Shown here piece by piece: positions 21,915 through 32,116 of a stretch of DNA of 64,000 nt (positions within the stretch are counted from its first letter, which is position 1; each line of letters starts with the position of its first letter). A model generated the notes under the pieces. It did not search any database, had not been told where the DNA came from, and saw only the letters and a list, made by a program, of their open reading frames with translations. Made by a program: the position numbers and the translations under genes. Source of the DNA: an uncultured delta proteobacterium. GTDB taxonomy: Bacteria > Desulfobacterota > Binatia > UBA9968. The stretch covers positions 247 through 64,246 of the forward strand of contig CAWERH010000002.1 of the NCBI GenBank assembly GCA_963811315.1. The letters are read 5' to 3'.

Positions 21915-22433
21915 ATGAAACCATTAATTAATTCGTTACCTGAGACAGTTTTTACCACCAAGGTCGATGACTTGCTTAACTGGGGTAGGGCTTCCTCGCA
22001 ATGGTACATGCTCTTCGGCCTAGCTTGCTGCGCCATCGAGCTGATGCAAACTGGCGGGCCACGCGCGGATCTGGACCGTTTCGGCGCCGTGCCGCGCGCT
22101 ACGCCGCGGCAGTCGGATCTCATGATTGTCGCCGGGACTTTAACTTATAAAATGGCCAAGCGGACCAAGCTGCTCTACGATCAAATGCCCGATCCGAAGT
22201 ATGTGATCTCGATGGGCAGCTGTTCGAACTGCGGCGGGCTGTTTCAACTTGCCTATTCTGTATGCAAAGGCGTCGATAAGATTGTCCCGGTGGACGTCTA
22301 TGTTCCCGGCTGTCCGCCGCGTCCTGAGGCGCTCACCGAAGGGTTGCTGAGAATTCAAGACAAGATGATGAACGAGCGCTGGTTGGTGCGAGCACCGCGC
22401 CCGTCGGGCGAAGCTGCCGAGGCGCACGAGTAA
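21915..22433 (+). CDS. nuoB: NADH-quinone oxidoreductase subunit B
   Basis: [33 protein letters not shown]. Confidence 0.97.
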   Translation: MKPLINSLPETVFTTKVDDLLNWGRASSQWYMLFGLACCAIELMQTGGPRADLDRFGAVPRATPRQSDLMIVAGTLTYKMAKRTKLLYDQMPDPKYVISMGSCSNCGGLFQLAYSVCKGVDKIVPVDVYVPGCPPRPEALTEGLLRIQDKMMNERWLVRAPRPSGEAAEAHE

Positions 22434-22435
22434 GA

Positions 22436-22942
22436 ATGGACTCGAAGGAAATCTACGCCTCGCTGGAAAAGCTGTTCCCCGGCAAAGTCAGTGATTTTAA
22501 GGGCGACGTGATGGAGCCCTATTTGACGGTCGATAGCGCCGCAATCGTCGAAATCTGCCGGTTTTTGCGTAACTCACCCGGTTACCGGTTTGAGGTGCTG
22601 TCCGACTTGACCGCGCTGGATTGGCCGAAGGAAGAAAAAATCCAGATCGTCTATCACCTTTTTTCCTATTCGCAAAATCATCAGATCGTCCTCAAAGTCG
22701 ATTTGCCGCGCGACAATCCCAAGATCGCGACTCTCGAAGAGGTTTGGAAAGTGGCGAATTGGTTCGAGCGCGAGGTTTACGATCTGTTCGGCGTGATTTT
22801 CGAAGGCCACAGCGATTTGCGACGAATTATGCTGCCCGAAGATTGGGTCGGCCATCCGCTGCGCAAGGACTACGTCGAGCAGGAAGAGTACGACGGCATC
22901 AGCACGCAGCGCGCGCCGCTGGTCGAAAAACTGTTGCGATAG
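22436..22942 (+). CDS. nuoC: NADH-quinone oxidoreductase subunit C
   Basis: ANWFEREVYDLFG, GHPLRKDY. Confidence 0.96.
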   Translation: MDSKEIYASLEKLFPGKVSDFKGDVMEPYLTVDSAAIVEICRFLRNSPGYRFEVLSDLTALDWPKEEKIQIVYHLFSYSQNHQIVLKVDLPRDNPKIATLEEVWKVANWFEREVYDLFGVIFEGHSDLRRIMLPEDWVGHPLRKDYVEQEEYDGISTQRAPLVEKLLR

Positions 22943-22949
22943 GAGCACG

Positions 22950-24089
22950 ATGAACGAAACGGCTCAAGAACAGGGCGGCTTCTACACCGAGGACATGACG
23001 ATCAGCGTCGGGCCGCAGCATCCGAGCACCCACGGCGTGCTTCGCTTCGTGGTGAAAACCGACGGCGAAGTGATCAGCGAAGCGATCCCCGACGTCGGCT
23101 ACTTGCATCGCTCCATCGAAAAAATCGGCGAGAAAGTAACCTACCACGGTTATGTGCCCTACACCGACCGCGCCGATTACTTGGCCGCCATGTTTGCCAA
23201 TCAGGCTTTTTGCATGGCGGCGGAGAAATTGGCGGGCACGGAAGTTACCCGCAGAGGCGAATTTTGCCGCGTGATCGCCTGCGAGCTTAACCGGATCGCC
23301 AGCCATCTGATTTCCGTCGGCACCTTCGGCCAGGATATCGGCGCCATGACGCCGTTCGTTCATGCGCTGCGCGAACGTGAGACGATCAATAATTTAATGG
23401 AAGAGATCTGCGGCGCGCGCTTGACCTACAACTATATCCGCATCGGCGGTGTGGGCTACGATATTTTGCCGGAAACCTGCGCCAAGATCACCGATTTTAT
23501 CGATCACTTCGAGCCGATCGTCAGCGAATTCAACCGGCTGCTTTCGGGCAATAAAATTTTCATCGAACGGCTTGCCGGCGTTGCGGTAGTAAGCAAGGAA
23601 GACGCGCTGTCTTACAATTTGGTCGGGCCGAATCTGCGCGGCTCGGGAATTAAATGGGACATTCGCCGCGATATTCCCTATTCGATTTATCCGGAATTAG
23701 ACTTCGAAGTGCCGATAGGCACGGCCCATGTGGGCGCGTTGGGTGACAGCTTCGATCGTTACTGGGTGCGCATCCGCGAGATGCAAGAGAGCGTCAATAT
23801 CCTGCGCCAGTGTCTCAAGATGATGCCCAAGGGCCCGGCGATTTCCAAAGTGCCGCGCAAATTCAGGCCGCCAGTCGGGGAATGTTATGCCCGCGTCGAA
23901 GCGCCGCGCGGCGACATGGGATTTTATGTCGTCAGCGACGGCAGCGAATATCCCTACCGCGTGCGGATTCGCACCGGTTCGTACACGGCGATGAGCATCA
24001 TCGACAAACTCAGCAAAGGCATCATGTTGGCCGATCTGATCGCTTTGATCGGCAGTCTCGACGTCGACGCACCAGAAATCGACCGATAA
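22950..24089 (+). CDS. nuoD: NADH-quinone oxidoreductase subunit D
   Basis: GPQHPSTHGVLR, GYLHRSIEK, C-terminal EIDR; no NiFe CxxC pairs. Confidence 0.97.
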   Translation: MNETAQEQGGFYTEDMTISVGPQHPSTHGVLRFVVKTDGEVISEAIPDVGYLHRSIEKIGEKVTYHGYVPYTDRADYLAAMFANQAFCMAAEKLAGTEVTRRGEFCRVIACELNRIASHLISVGTFGQDIGAMTPFVHALRERETINNLMEEICGARLTYNYIRIGGVGYDILPETCAKITDFIDHFEPIVSEFNRLLSGNKIFIERLAGVAVVSKEDALSYNLVGPNLRGSGIKWDIRRDIPYSIYPELDFEVPIGTAHVGALGDSFDRYWVRIREMQESVNILRQCLKMMPKGPAISKVPRKFRPPVGECYARVEAPRGDMGFYVVSDGSEYPYRVRIRTGSYTAMSIIDKLSKGIMLADLIALIGSLDVDAPEIDR

Positions 24090-24109
24090 GCGAAAGTCAC
24101 GGGTCCATC

Positions 24110-25306
24110 ATGCAGGCATTTATTGATCAATTGATTAAAGACGGCGCCTTCGCCGGTGTTCCCAAGGAAGTCGTCTACGCGATTGCGATGGTTGTGGTGG
24201 CGTTGGTGGTGCTTTCCGCCTTCGTCGCGCCGCTCGCCGGGGTTACTAGCTGGCTCGAACGGCGCGTGTGGGCACGCATGCAGTCGCGCGTCGGTCCCAA
24301 TCGAGTCGGTCCGCAAGGGATTCTTCAATGGCTGGCGGACGGGATCAAAAATCTGCTCAAGGAAGATTTAATCCCCTCGGCTTCCGACGCCAAACTGTTT
24401 TCGCTGGCGCCGTACATCGTTTTCATGGGGTTTCTTTGCACTTTCGTGGTGATTCCGTTCGGTGCGAATCTGATCGTCGCGGATCTGAATATCGGCATTC
24501 TCTACATTTTAGCCGTAACCTCGCTGGTCGTCGTCGGTATTCTCATGGCGGGGTGGGCATCCAACAATAAATGGTCCTTGCTCGGCGGCATGCGTTCGGC
24601 GGCGCAGATCGTCAGCTATGAGATCCCGGCAGGCTTGTCGATTCTTACGATAATTTTTCTTGCCGGCACGATGAGCATGCAGGGCATTATTAAGGCCCAA
24701 GGCTGGGCGCCGTGGGACTGGTTCCTGTTCGATAATCCGTTCACCTTCGCGGCGTTTTTTCTCTACTTTACAGCGGCCCTCGCGGAAGGTAACCGGACGC
24801 CCTTCGATATTCCCGAAGCGGAATCGGAACTGGTCGCAGGTTATGTCACCGAATATAGCGGCATGCGTTTCCTGTTTTTCTTCTTCGCCGAGTGGGGCAA
24901 CCTCTACGTAATCGGCGCGGTGGCTACGACTTTGTTTTTGGGCGGCTGGCAAGTGCCGCCGCTGCCGATCTTCGACAATAGTCCGGTGCTTTTGGGGATT
25001 GCCCAGTTCGTTACGTTTTTCCTAAAAGCTTATGCCTGGGTATTCATCGCCATGTGGGTGCGCGCGACGCTGCCGCGGGTGCGTGTCGATCAGCTGATGG
25101 GACTGTGCTGGAAATATATGGTGCCGCTGTCGTTCGTATGCCTGTTGGGAACTATCGGTTTCATGTTCGTGCCAGCTGACGGCCGGCGGATCTTCGGCAT
25201 CATAACGTTCGGCTTTGCGCTTGCGACGATGATAAATTTTTTCCGCCGCGTGGTGTTCCAGATCCGCGCGGCCAAACCGGAGCTTTATTTTAAACCGCAA
25301 ATTTGA
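24110..25306 (+). CDS. nuoH: NADH-quinone oxidoreductase subunit H
   Basis: ERRVWARMQSRVGPNRVGP, NRTPFDIPEAESELVAGY. Confidence 0.97.
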   Translation: MQAFIDQLIKDGAFAGVPKEVVYAIAMVVVALVVLSAFVAPLAGVTSWLERRVWARMQSRVGPNRVGPQGILQWLADGIKNLLKEDLIPSASDAKLFSLAPYIVFMGFLCTFVVIPFGANLIVADLNIGILYILAVTSLVVVGILMAGWASNNKWSLLGGMRSAAQIVSYEIPAGLSILTIIFLAGTMSMQGIIKAQGWAPWDWFLFDNPFTFAAFFLYFTAALAEGNRTPFDIPEAESELVAGYVTEYSGMRFLFFFFAEWGNLYVIGAVATTLFLGGWQVPPLPIFDNSPVLLGIAQFVTFFLKAYAWVFIAMWVRATLPRVRVDQLMGLCWKYMVPLSFVCLLGTIGFMFVPADGRRIFGIITFGFALATMINFFRRVVFQIRAAKPELYFKPQI

Positions 25307-25318
25307 TCGCGAGGACTT

Positions 25319-25876
25319 ATGCGTGCCGTAGTAAATTACGCGAAGGATATCTGGGCCGTGGTGGCATCGACTTTCGAAGGCATGTCGATCACCTTTTCGC
25401 ATTTGATGCGCCGGCCGATGACGATCCAATATCCGGACAAGATTCCGGTGCCCATCCAAGAAACTCTGCCGCTTCGCTATCGCGGCATACTCGAAGTCGA
25501 TCTCGATATCTGCACCGGCTGCTTGGCTTGTGAGCGGGACTGCCCGATCACTTGTATCACCATCGGCATTGAGATGGACAAAGAGACGAAACAGCGCCAG
25601 TTCAAACACTTCGATATCGACGTTTGCAAGTGCATGTATTGCGGCCTGTGCTCCGAGGCTTGTCCGACCGGGGCGATCCGTCACTCACAGGAATTCGAGG
25701 GCGCCAGTTATAATCCGGCAGGCTTGGTGCGCCACTTCGCGCCGCAGCCGGCAAATCTGTACAAACCGAAAAAGGGCGGCGAGACCGAACCTAAACTGAT
25801 CACGAAAGTCGATATTGGGCTAAAATATCTCGATGAGTTTGCTACCCCGGATGGTGGAGGAGCGGGGGAAGAGTAG
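25319..25876 (+). CDS. nuoI: NADH-quinone oxidoreductase subunit I
   Basis: TIQYP; CTGCLACERDCP and CMYCGLCSEACP. Confidence 0.95.
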   Translation: MRAVVNYAKDIWAVVASTFEGMSITFSHLMRRPMTIQYPDKIPVPIQETLPLRYRGILEVDLDICTGCLACERDCPITCITIGIEMDKETKQRQFKHFDIDVCKCMYCGLCSEACPTGAIRHSQEFEGASYNPAGLVRHFAPQPANLYKPKKGGETEPKLITKVDIGLKYLDEFATPDGGGAGEE

Positions 25877-25995
25877 CTGTTGAGCCGGGGTAGCGAACGA
25901 AATCAATTTCTGCGCCCCTTGATCCCAGCCTGATCTTCCGGTATTTGAGCGAGAAAGTTTTCAACTTTCTCAGCTCTTCAAAAGCCAACAACGCT

Positions 25996-26496
25996 ATGGA
26001 CGTTTCGACGGCGGTTTTTTATCTAATCGCGCTTATCACGGTGGTTTCCGCCGCGATGGTGGCGTTCTCTCGCAACATTATCTATTCGGCGTTCTCGTTA
26101 TTGGGGACGTTTATGGGCGTCGCCGGTCTGTACGTTTTTCTCGCCGCCGACTTCGTCGCGGCAGTTCAGGTGTTGATCTACGTCGGCGGTATCCTGGTGC
26201 TGATTCTTTTCGCGGTCATGCTGACCCATCGGATAACCGATGTCGCGATCACCAATCGTTCAGCCGGGAGAATTCCAGCGCTCATCATCGTCGGTGTGTT
26301 CGTTTATTTTTTGATCAAGACGATCCTGGAAACGCCGTGGGTCAAGGCCAAGGAAATCGTCTATGCCCCCACAACTGCGAAGATCGGCGATCTCTTTCTA
26401 GATACGTATTTGCTGCCTTTTGAGCTGGCTTCAATCGTGTTGCTCGCCGCGATGATCGGTGCCGTGGTTATTTCGCGCAAGGAGATCAAAGAGTAA
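25996..26496 (+). CDS. nuoJ: NADH-quinone oxidoreductase subunit J
   Basis: QVLIYVGGILVLILFAVML, LPFELAS. Confidence 0.95.
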   Translation: MDVSTAVFYLIALITVVSAAMVAFSRNIIYSAFSLLGTFMGVAGLYVFLAADFVAAVQVLIYVGGILVLILFAVMLTHRITDVAITNRSAGRIPALIIVGVFVYFLIKTILETPWVKAKEIVYAPTTAKIGDLFLDTYLLPFELASIVLLAAMIGAVVISRKEIKE

Positions 26497-26498
26497 CC

Positions 26499-26810
26499 AT
26501 GTCGCCCACCGAGCTGTCTTCCTACCTCATCATCGGTGCGATTCTTTTTGCTCTCGGACTTTTTACCGTGCTCACGCGCCGCAATGCCATCAGCGTGCTC
26601 ATGGGCGTCGAACTCATCCTTAACAGCGCCAACATCAATTACGTCGCGTTCTCGCACTTCGGTAGCGGCAATGTCGACGGCCAGATTTACGCTATCTTCG
26701 TGATCATGCTGGCCGCCGCCGAGGCTGCCGTAGGCCTGGCTATCGTCTTGGCGATTTTCCAGCTCTTCCACACTATCGATCTCGAGGCGGCGGAAACGCT
26801 GAAAGAATAG
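26499..26810 (+). CDS. nuoK: NADH-quinone oxidoreductase subunit K
   Basis: RRNAISVLMGVELILN, AAAEAAVGLAI. Confidence 0.96.
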   Translation: MSPTELSSYLIIGAILFALGLFTVLTRRNAISVLMGVELILNSANINYVAFSHFGSGNVDGQIYAIFVIMLAAAEAAVGLAIVLAIFQLFHTIDLEAAETLKE

Positions 26811-26856
26811 TTCGAAGGGCCAATCGTTTAAGCGTTCAATAGGGTCAAAGAAGTCG

Positions 26857-28893
26857 ATGGATCAACCGATACAGACAGATTTTATTCGTTGGATCGTTTT
26901 CCTGCCGCTGATCGGCGCGATCATCAACGGTTTGTTAGGCGCAAAAATTCAAAAGAGCCTGGGTAAAGGGGCGATCGCGGTGATTGCCTGCGCTCCGGTT
27001 GTGGTTGCCTTTGGCCTCGCCGTAACTGCTCTTTTCACGCTCAAAGGACTTGAGCCCGAAAAACGTTTTCTCATCGATAATCTTTACCCGTGGATCCAAC
27101 TCGGCTCTTTGAAAGTTGACATGGCTTTCATGATCGACCCGCTTTCCGCTGTGATGATTCTCGTCGTCACCGGCATCGGCGGGCTCATTCATATTTACGC
27201 GACCGGCTACATGCACGACGATAACGCGTTTTGGCGTTTCTTCGCGTATCTCAATCTTTTCACCGCGGCGATGCTCATCCTGGTTTTGGGCGACAGCTTA
27301 TTGTTGCTCTTTGTCGGATGGGAGGGCGTGGGCTTGTGTTCTTACGCGCTGATCGGTTTTTGGTACCAAGATCACGCCAATGCACGGGCCGGCAACAAAG
27401 CTTTTATCGTCAACCGGATCGGCGACTTCGGTTTTGTCCTCGGCATGTTTTTGCTTTTCTGGTCGCTCGATGCCCAGGGCCATGGCACGCTGACTTTCCG
27501 CGAAATGGTCAAATGGGCTTCGACGCTGCAAAGCCAGATGATCTGGGGTGTTCCCGTGGTCACCCTCGCTACCCTATTACTTTTCGTCGGCGCGACCGGC
27601 AAGTCGGCGCAGATTCCGCTATTCGTCTGGCTGCCGGACGCGATGGCAGGTCCGACGCCGGTGAGCGCGTTGATCCACGCCGCGACGATGGTCACCGCCG
27701 GCGTTTACATGACGGCGCGCATGAATGTGTTTTTCTCGATGGCGCCGCTGACTCTCAACGTGATTGCCGTGATCGGCGTCGCCACGGCACTGGTCGCCGC
27801 CACCATCGCGCTGACGCAATACGACATTAAGAAAGTTCTCGCCTATTCCACCGTCAGCCAGCTGGGTTACATGTTTATCGGCATCGGCGTCGGCGGCTAT
27901 GCCGCGGCGGTTTTCCATTTGATGACCCATGCGTTTTTCAAGGCCTGTCTATTCCTCGGCGCTGGCAGCGTGATCCACGCCATGCATCACGAGCAGGACA
28001 TGCGCAAGATGGGCGGGCTCAAGCAATGGATGCCGCTGACGTTCATCACATTTTTTATTTCGGTGCTGGCGATCGCCGGCTTTCCGCCTTTTGCCGGATT
28101 TTTCTCGAAAGACGAAATCCTCTGGCTGGCGGCCTCGAACGAGCACTGGGGCATCTGGTTTTTCGCCGTTTGCGGCGCCGGCATGACCGCTTTTTATATG
28201 TTCCGCCAGCTGTTCATGACGTTCTACGGCAAGTTCCGCGGCGATCATCACACCCGGGATCATCTGCACGAATCACCCGGCGTTATGACCATGCCGCTGG
28301 TGATTTTGGCGATCGGCGCGGTATTCGCCGGATTTATCGGCTTGCCGGGGGTGTTGGGCGGGAGCCAATTTGCTCAATGGCTCGAACCGGTGATCCATGC
28401 CCACGAAGCGGAGCACGCATCCCACGCTCTCGAATGGGGACTGATGGCGCTGTCGGTATCGGTGGCGGGCGCGGGTTGTTTCTTGGCTTATCTCATGTAC
28501 CGCAAGGAAGTGCTGTCGCCGGATATTTTTGCCAACTTGGCCGGCGGAGGGTTTTACCGCTTGTTTAACAACAAATGGTATCTTGACGAAATTTACCAGG
28601 TGCTCTTCGTCAACGGCACGTTGCTATTGGCGAATATTCTTTCCGCCTTCGACAAATACGTCGTCGACGGCATCGTCAATGGTTCCGCGACGTTAGTGCG
28701 GTTTCTTTCCTGGCTCAACGGCTTGTTCGATCAATACGTCATCGATGGGATCGTCAACGCCGTCGCCGATATCACATTCTGGATCGGCAACAAGCTTCGC
28801 CGCGTGCAAACCGGCAGCATCAATAGCTACCTCTACGGCATTCTGATCGCGATCGCGATCGCGGTCATCGTCAAGTTCCGCTACTGGAGCTGA
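26857..28893 (+). CDS. nuoL: NADH-quinone oxidoreductase subunit L
   Basis: GKSAQIPLFVWLPDAMAGPTPVSALIHAATMV, HAFFKA. Confidence 0.97.
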   Translation: MDQPIQTDFIRWIVFLPLIGAIINGLLGAKIQKSLGKGAIAVIACAPVVVAFGLAVTALFTLKGLEPEKRFLIDNLYPWIQLGSLKVDMAFMIDPLSAVMILVVTGIGGLIHIYATGYMHDDNAFWRFFAYLNLFTAAMLILVLGDSLLLLFVGWEGVGLCSYALIGFWYQDHANARAGNKAFIVNRIGDFGFVLGMFLLFWSLDAQGHGTLTFREMVKWASTLQSQMIWGVPVVTLATLLLFVGATGKSAQIPLFVWLPDAMAGPTPVSALIHAATMVTAGVYMTARMNVFFSMAPLTLNVIAVIGVATALVAATIALTQYDIKKVLAYSTVSQLGYMFIGIGVGGYAAAVFHLMTHAFFKACLFLGAGSVIHAMHHEQDMRKMGGLKQWMPLTFITFFISVLAIAGFPPFAGFFSKDEILWLAASNEHWGIWFFAVCGAGMTAFYMFRQLFMTFYGKFRGDHHTRDHLHESPGVMTMPLVILAIGAVFAGFIGLPGVLGGSQFAQWLEPVIHAHEAEHASHALEWGLMALSVSVAGAGCFLAYLMYRKEVLSPDIFANLAGGGFYRLFNNKWYLDEIYQVLFVNGTLLLANILSAFDKYVVDGIVNGSATLVRFLSWLNGLFDQYVIDGIVNAVADITFWIGNKLRRVQTGSINSYLYGILIAIAIAVIVKFRYWS

Positions 28894-28914
28894 TCGTTAG
28901 GGAGACACTGGAAG

Positions 28915-30432
28915 ATGGAAAATGTGCTCACTTATATGACGTTTATCCCGCTCGCGGGGGCCGCCGTTGTGCTGGTGTTGCCCAACAACGCCAAGCTGAT
29001 TCGCTGGGTCGCCGCGGCGGCGACCGTGCCGCCGCTCTACTTGTCGATCTGGTTGTTCAACCATTTCGACCGCACCAAGGCAGGCTTCCAGTTCGTCGAA
29101 AAATATCAGTGGATCCCGACGTACAATATTAGCTACTACATGGGCGCCGACGGCCTCAGTATCTCGATGATCTTGTTAACCGCGCTTTTGAGTTTCCTCT
29201 GCATCTTCGCTTCGTTCGGCATCGATAAAGCAGTCAAGGGTTATTTCGCGCTGTTCCTCATGCTCGATGCCGGTATGATGGGCGTTTTTTGCGCCCTCGA
29301 TTTTTTTCTGTTTTTTGTTTTCTGGGAAGTGATGCTGTTGCCGATGTACTTCTTGATCGGCATCTGGGGCGGTCCGCGGCGTGAGTATGCCGCGATCAAA
29401 TTCTTCCTCTACACGCTGTTCGGCAGTGGTTTCATGCTGATCGCGATTCTCGCGCTCTATTTTACCAGCGAACCGCATACCTTCGACATGACCGTACTCA
29501 TGGCCCAGGCCAGCAAGTTCGGCACCGAGGTGTTGCCGATGTGGCCTTTCAAGCAGCTCGGCTGGGGCTTTCAACACGCGATCTGGATGGCGCTGTTCAT
29601 CGGCTTCGCGATCAAGATTCCCGCGTTTCCGTTTCACACCTGGCTTCCCGATGCTCACGTCGAAGCGCCAACGGCGATCTCGGTGATTCTTGCCGGGGTT
29701 CTGTTGAAAATGGGTACCTACGGAATCCTCCGCATCAACTTTCCGATGCTGCCCGTCGCCACCGCGGATCTGGCCTTCTGGTTTCTCGGCGCGCTCGGTG
29801 CATTTAACATCATTTACGGCGCGCTTTGTGCCATGGCGCAAAAAGATCTCAAAAAATTGGTCGCCTATTCGAGCGTCAGCCACATGGGCTACGTGATGCT
29901 CGGCATGGCGAGCATGACGACCCAGGGAATCAACGGCGCGGTGCTGCAGATGTTCAACCACGGCACGATCACCGGTATGCTGTTCCTTTTGGTCGGCGTG
30001 GTCTATGACCGCGCGCACCACCGCGAGATCGAGGGCTTCGGCGGCTTGGCCGCAGTCATGCCGGTTTACACCGGAATTACCGCTTTAGCCTTTTTTGCTT
30101 CGATGGGTCTTCCCGGTCTTTCCGGATTCATCTCTGAAATCCTGGTGTTGCTTGGCACCTGGCAAAAATATCCGGTGCTGACGATTCTCGGCGCCAGCGG
30201 CGTTATTCTAACTGCGGGCTATTTGCTGTGGACGATTCAGCGGGTTTACCTGGGCCCAACCAATGAAAAATATCTTAAGATACCGGAGATCAACGGGCGG
30301 GAAATTTTTACTCTGGTGCCGTTGGGCGTGATCGTCATCATTGTCGGTATCTATCCGGCCGTGGTGCTGGATATGTTGCGCGCGACCTTGGATCAAATCA
30401 ACCAGATTGTTTTGCCGCATCTTCACAGCTAG
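28915..30432 (+). CDS. nuoM: NADH-quinone oxidoreductase subunit M
   Basis: FPFHTWLPDAHVEAP, AYSSVSHMG. Confidence 0.97.
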   Translation: MENVLTYMTFIPLAGAAVVLVLPNNAKLIRWVAAAATVPPLYLSIWLFNHFDRTKAGFQFVEKYQWIPTYNISYYMGADGLSISMILLTALLSFLCIFASFGIDKAVKGYFALFLMLDAGMMGVFCALDFFLFFVFWEVMLLPMYFLIGIWGGPRREYAAIKFFLYTLFGSGFMLIAILALYFTSEPHTFDMTVLMAQASKFGTEVLPMWPFKQLGWGFQHAIWMALFIGFAIKIPAFPFHTWLPDAHVEAPTAISVILAGVLLKMGTYGILRINFPMLPVATADLAFWFLGALGAFNIIYGALCAMAQKDLKKLVAYSSVSHMGYVMLGMASMTTQGINGAVLQMFNHGTITGMLFLLVGVVYDRAHHREIEGFGGLAAVMPVYTGITALAFFASMGLPGLSGFISEILVLLGTWQKYPVLTILGASGVILTAGYLLWTIQRVYLGPTNEKYLKIPEINGREIFTLVPLGVIVIIVGIYPAVVLDMLRATLDQINQIVLPHLHS

Positions 30433-30435
30433 GCC

Positions 30436-31920
30436 ATGGATCTCAAAAACATCGGCAGCCTGAGTTTTTTTTACCCGGAGATCATCCTCTCGGTAACTAT
30501 TCTCCTCGTCATCGTCTTAGATCTGCTGACCCGGAACCGGCGCATTTTGTCTTTGGTTGCGCTCATCGGCTGCGTCGCTGCGCTGATCGCTACATTCGAT
30601 CTTTACAGCGCTCAGCCCGGCTGGATGTTCCACCGGATGATGGTCCTGGATAACTTCAGTCTTTTTTTCAAAATATTTGCGCTGGCGGCAACGATTCTAT
30701 GCATTTGGATGTCGCTCGGCAGCAACGAAATCAAACAAGTTCACCAGGGCGAATATTACACGCTGTTGTTAACTTGTACGCTCGGCATGTTGTTCATGGC
30801 TTCTTCGAGCAACTTGCTGATGGCGTATTTGTCCTTGGAACTCGTCAGCCTCACCTCCTACGTGCTTACGGGATTTTTACCGCATAACCGCCGTTCCAGC
30901 GAGGCGGCGCTGAAGTATTTGATCTACGGCGGGGTCGCCTCGGGCACGATGATCTACGGCATGAGCTGGATCTTCGGTATGACCGGCAGTTTGGATTACG
31001 GCGCGATTCAGACCAGCCTCGCTCAAATTGCAGTCAACAAGACGGCGTTGTTCATCGCGCTGGTCTTCATCCTGGCAGGGTTTGGCTACAAGATCGTCTT
31101 CGTACCGTTTCATATGTGGTCGCCCGACGTTTATCAGGGCGCGCCGACGCCGTTCACCGCGTTCTTGTCCGTTGCCTCCAATGCAGCGGGTCTGGCGATC
31201 CTGATTCGTTTCTTTTTCCCGGTCATGTCACGGATGGTGCCGGGCGGCGATTGGACGGTCGTTTCAGGAGTCGAATGGCCGCAGGTTTTGCTGTTCCTCA
31301 GCATGATTACGATGACAATCGGCAATCTCTGCGCGTTGAATCAGCGCAATCTCAAACGAATGCTCGCTTACTCGGGGATCGCTCACGCCGGTTATATGAT
31401 GATGGGCTTGGCGGTGTTGAGCAACGACGGGCTGTCGGCGATTCTCTTTTACATCGTGGTTTATTTGATCATGAACCTCGGCGCATTTCTGGTCATCGGT
31501 TTGATCGCCAATGTAACCGGCGACGAGGATATCGAAGACTACCGCGGCCTCGCCTGGCGCGGCGCGGTGATTCCGGCGAGCTGCCTGGCGATTTTTCTGC
31601 TTTCCCTAACCGGCTTGCCGCCGTTTGCGGGATTCATCGGCAAGTTTTTTCTATTTGCGGCGGTGCTCAAGGTCGGCGGAGCATTCGTCATTCTGGCTCT
31701 GGTGGCAGTCATGAACAGCGTGGTTTCACTCTATTATTACGCGAAGATTATCAAGACGATGTTCCTCGACATGCCCAATCCGGAGGCTAAAGCCGTAACG
31801 ATGGCGTCGAATGACTTCACCCTGTTGATTCCGCTTACCGTGCTCACGTTGGTATTCGGTATTTACTTCGCGCCGCTGCTCAAGTTCAGCCAGCAGTCGC
31901 TGAGCTTCTTCATCAAATAG
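30436..31920 (+). CDS. nuoN: NADH-quinone oxidoreductase subunit N
   Basis: EAALKY, PFHMWSPDVYQGAP, KRMLAYSGIAHAG. Confidence 0.97.
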   Translation: MDLKNIGSLSFFYPEIILSVTILLVIVLDLLTRNRRILSLVALIGCVAALIATFDLYSAQPGWMFHRMMVLDNFSLFFKIFALAATILCIWMSLGSNEIKQVHQGEYYTLLLTCTLGMLFMASSSNLLMAYLSLELVSLTSYVLTGFLPHNRRSSEAALKYLIYGGVASGTMIYGMSWIFGMTGSLDYGAIQTSLAQIAVNKTALFIALVFILAGFGYKIVFVPFHMWSPDVYQGAPTPFTAFLSVASNAAGLAILIRFFFPVMSRMVPGGDWTVVSGVEWPQVLLFLSMITMTIGNLCALNQRNLKRMLAYSGIAHAGYMMMGLAVLSNDGLSAILFYIVVYLIMNLGAFLVIGLIANVTGDEDIEDYRGLAWRGAVIPASCLAIFLLSLTGLPPFAGFIGKFFLFAAVLKVGGAFVILALVAVMNSVVSLYYYAKIIKTMFLDMPNPEAKAVTMASNDFTLLIPLTVLTLVFGIYFAPLLKFSQQSLSFFIK

Positions 31921-32036
31921 ACCCGCGCTCCTGACCGGTTAGCAGGATTTCGAAGTAGAGCATGTTGTGTCGGTACTGGCACGCTTATCGCGCTCGAAAT
32001 CAATCGCGACGCTTCTGCCAAATTCTGCTGTCTGCC

Positions 32037-32065
32037 TTGACAAGTCGGGGCGGTCCAACTAACTA
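32037..32065 (+). promoter_or_regulatory. Possible sigma70 promoter (TTGACA-N17-TAACTA) for the E1 genes
   Basis: Perfect -35, imperfect -10, ~50 bp upstream of ATG 32117. Confidence 0.35.
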
Positions 32066-32116
32066 AAAAGTGAGACCCAACACGAAATTTTTGATTGCGA
32101 TCTCGAAGGAGGCCCG

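Noticed and set aside
22950-24089. Operon as a group 4 NiFe hydrogenase
   Set aside because: The large subunit lacks both CxxC nickel-binding motifs and ends in the NuoD-type EIDR.
23810-24109. 100-aa N-terminal extension of NuoH in the ORF track
   Set aside because: Overlaps nuoD out of frame; the real start is most likely ATG 24110.
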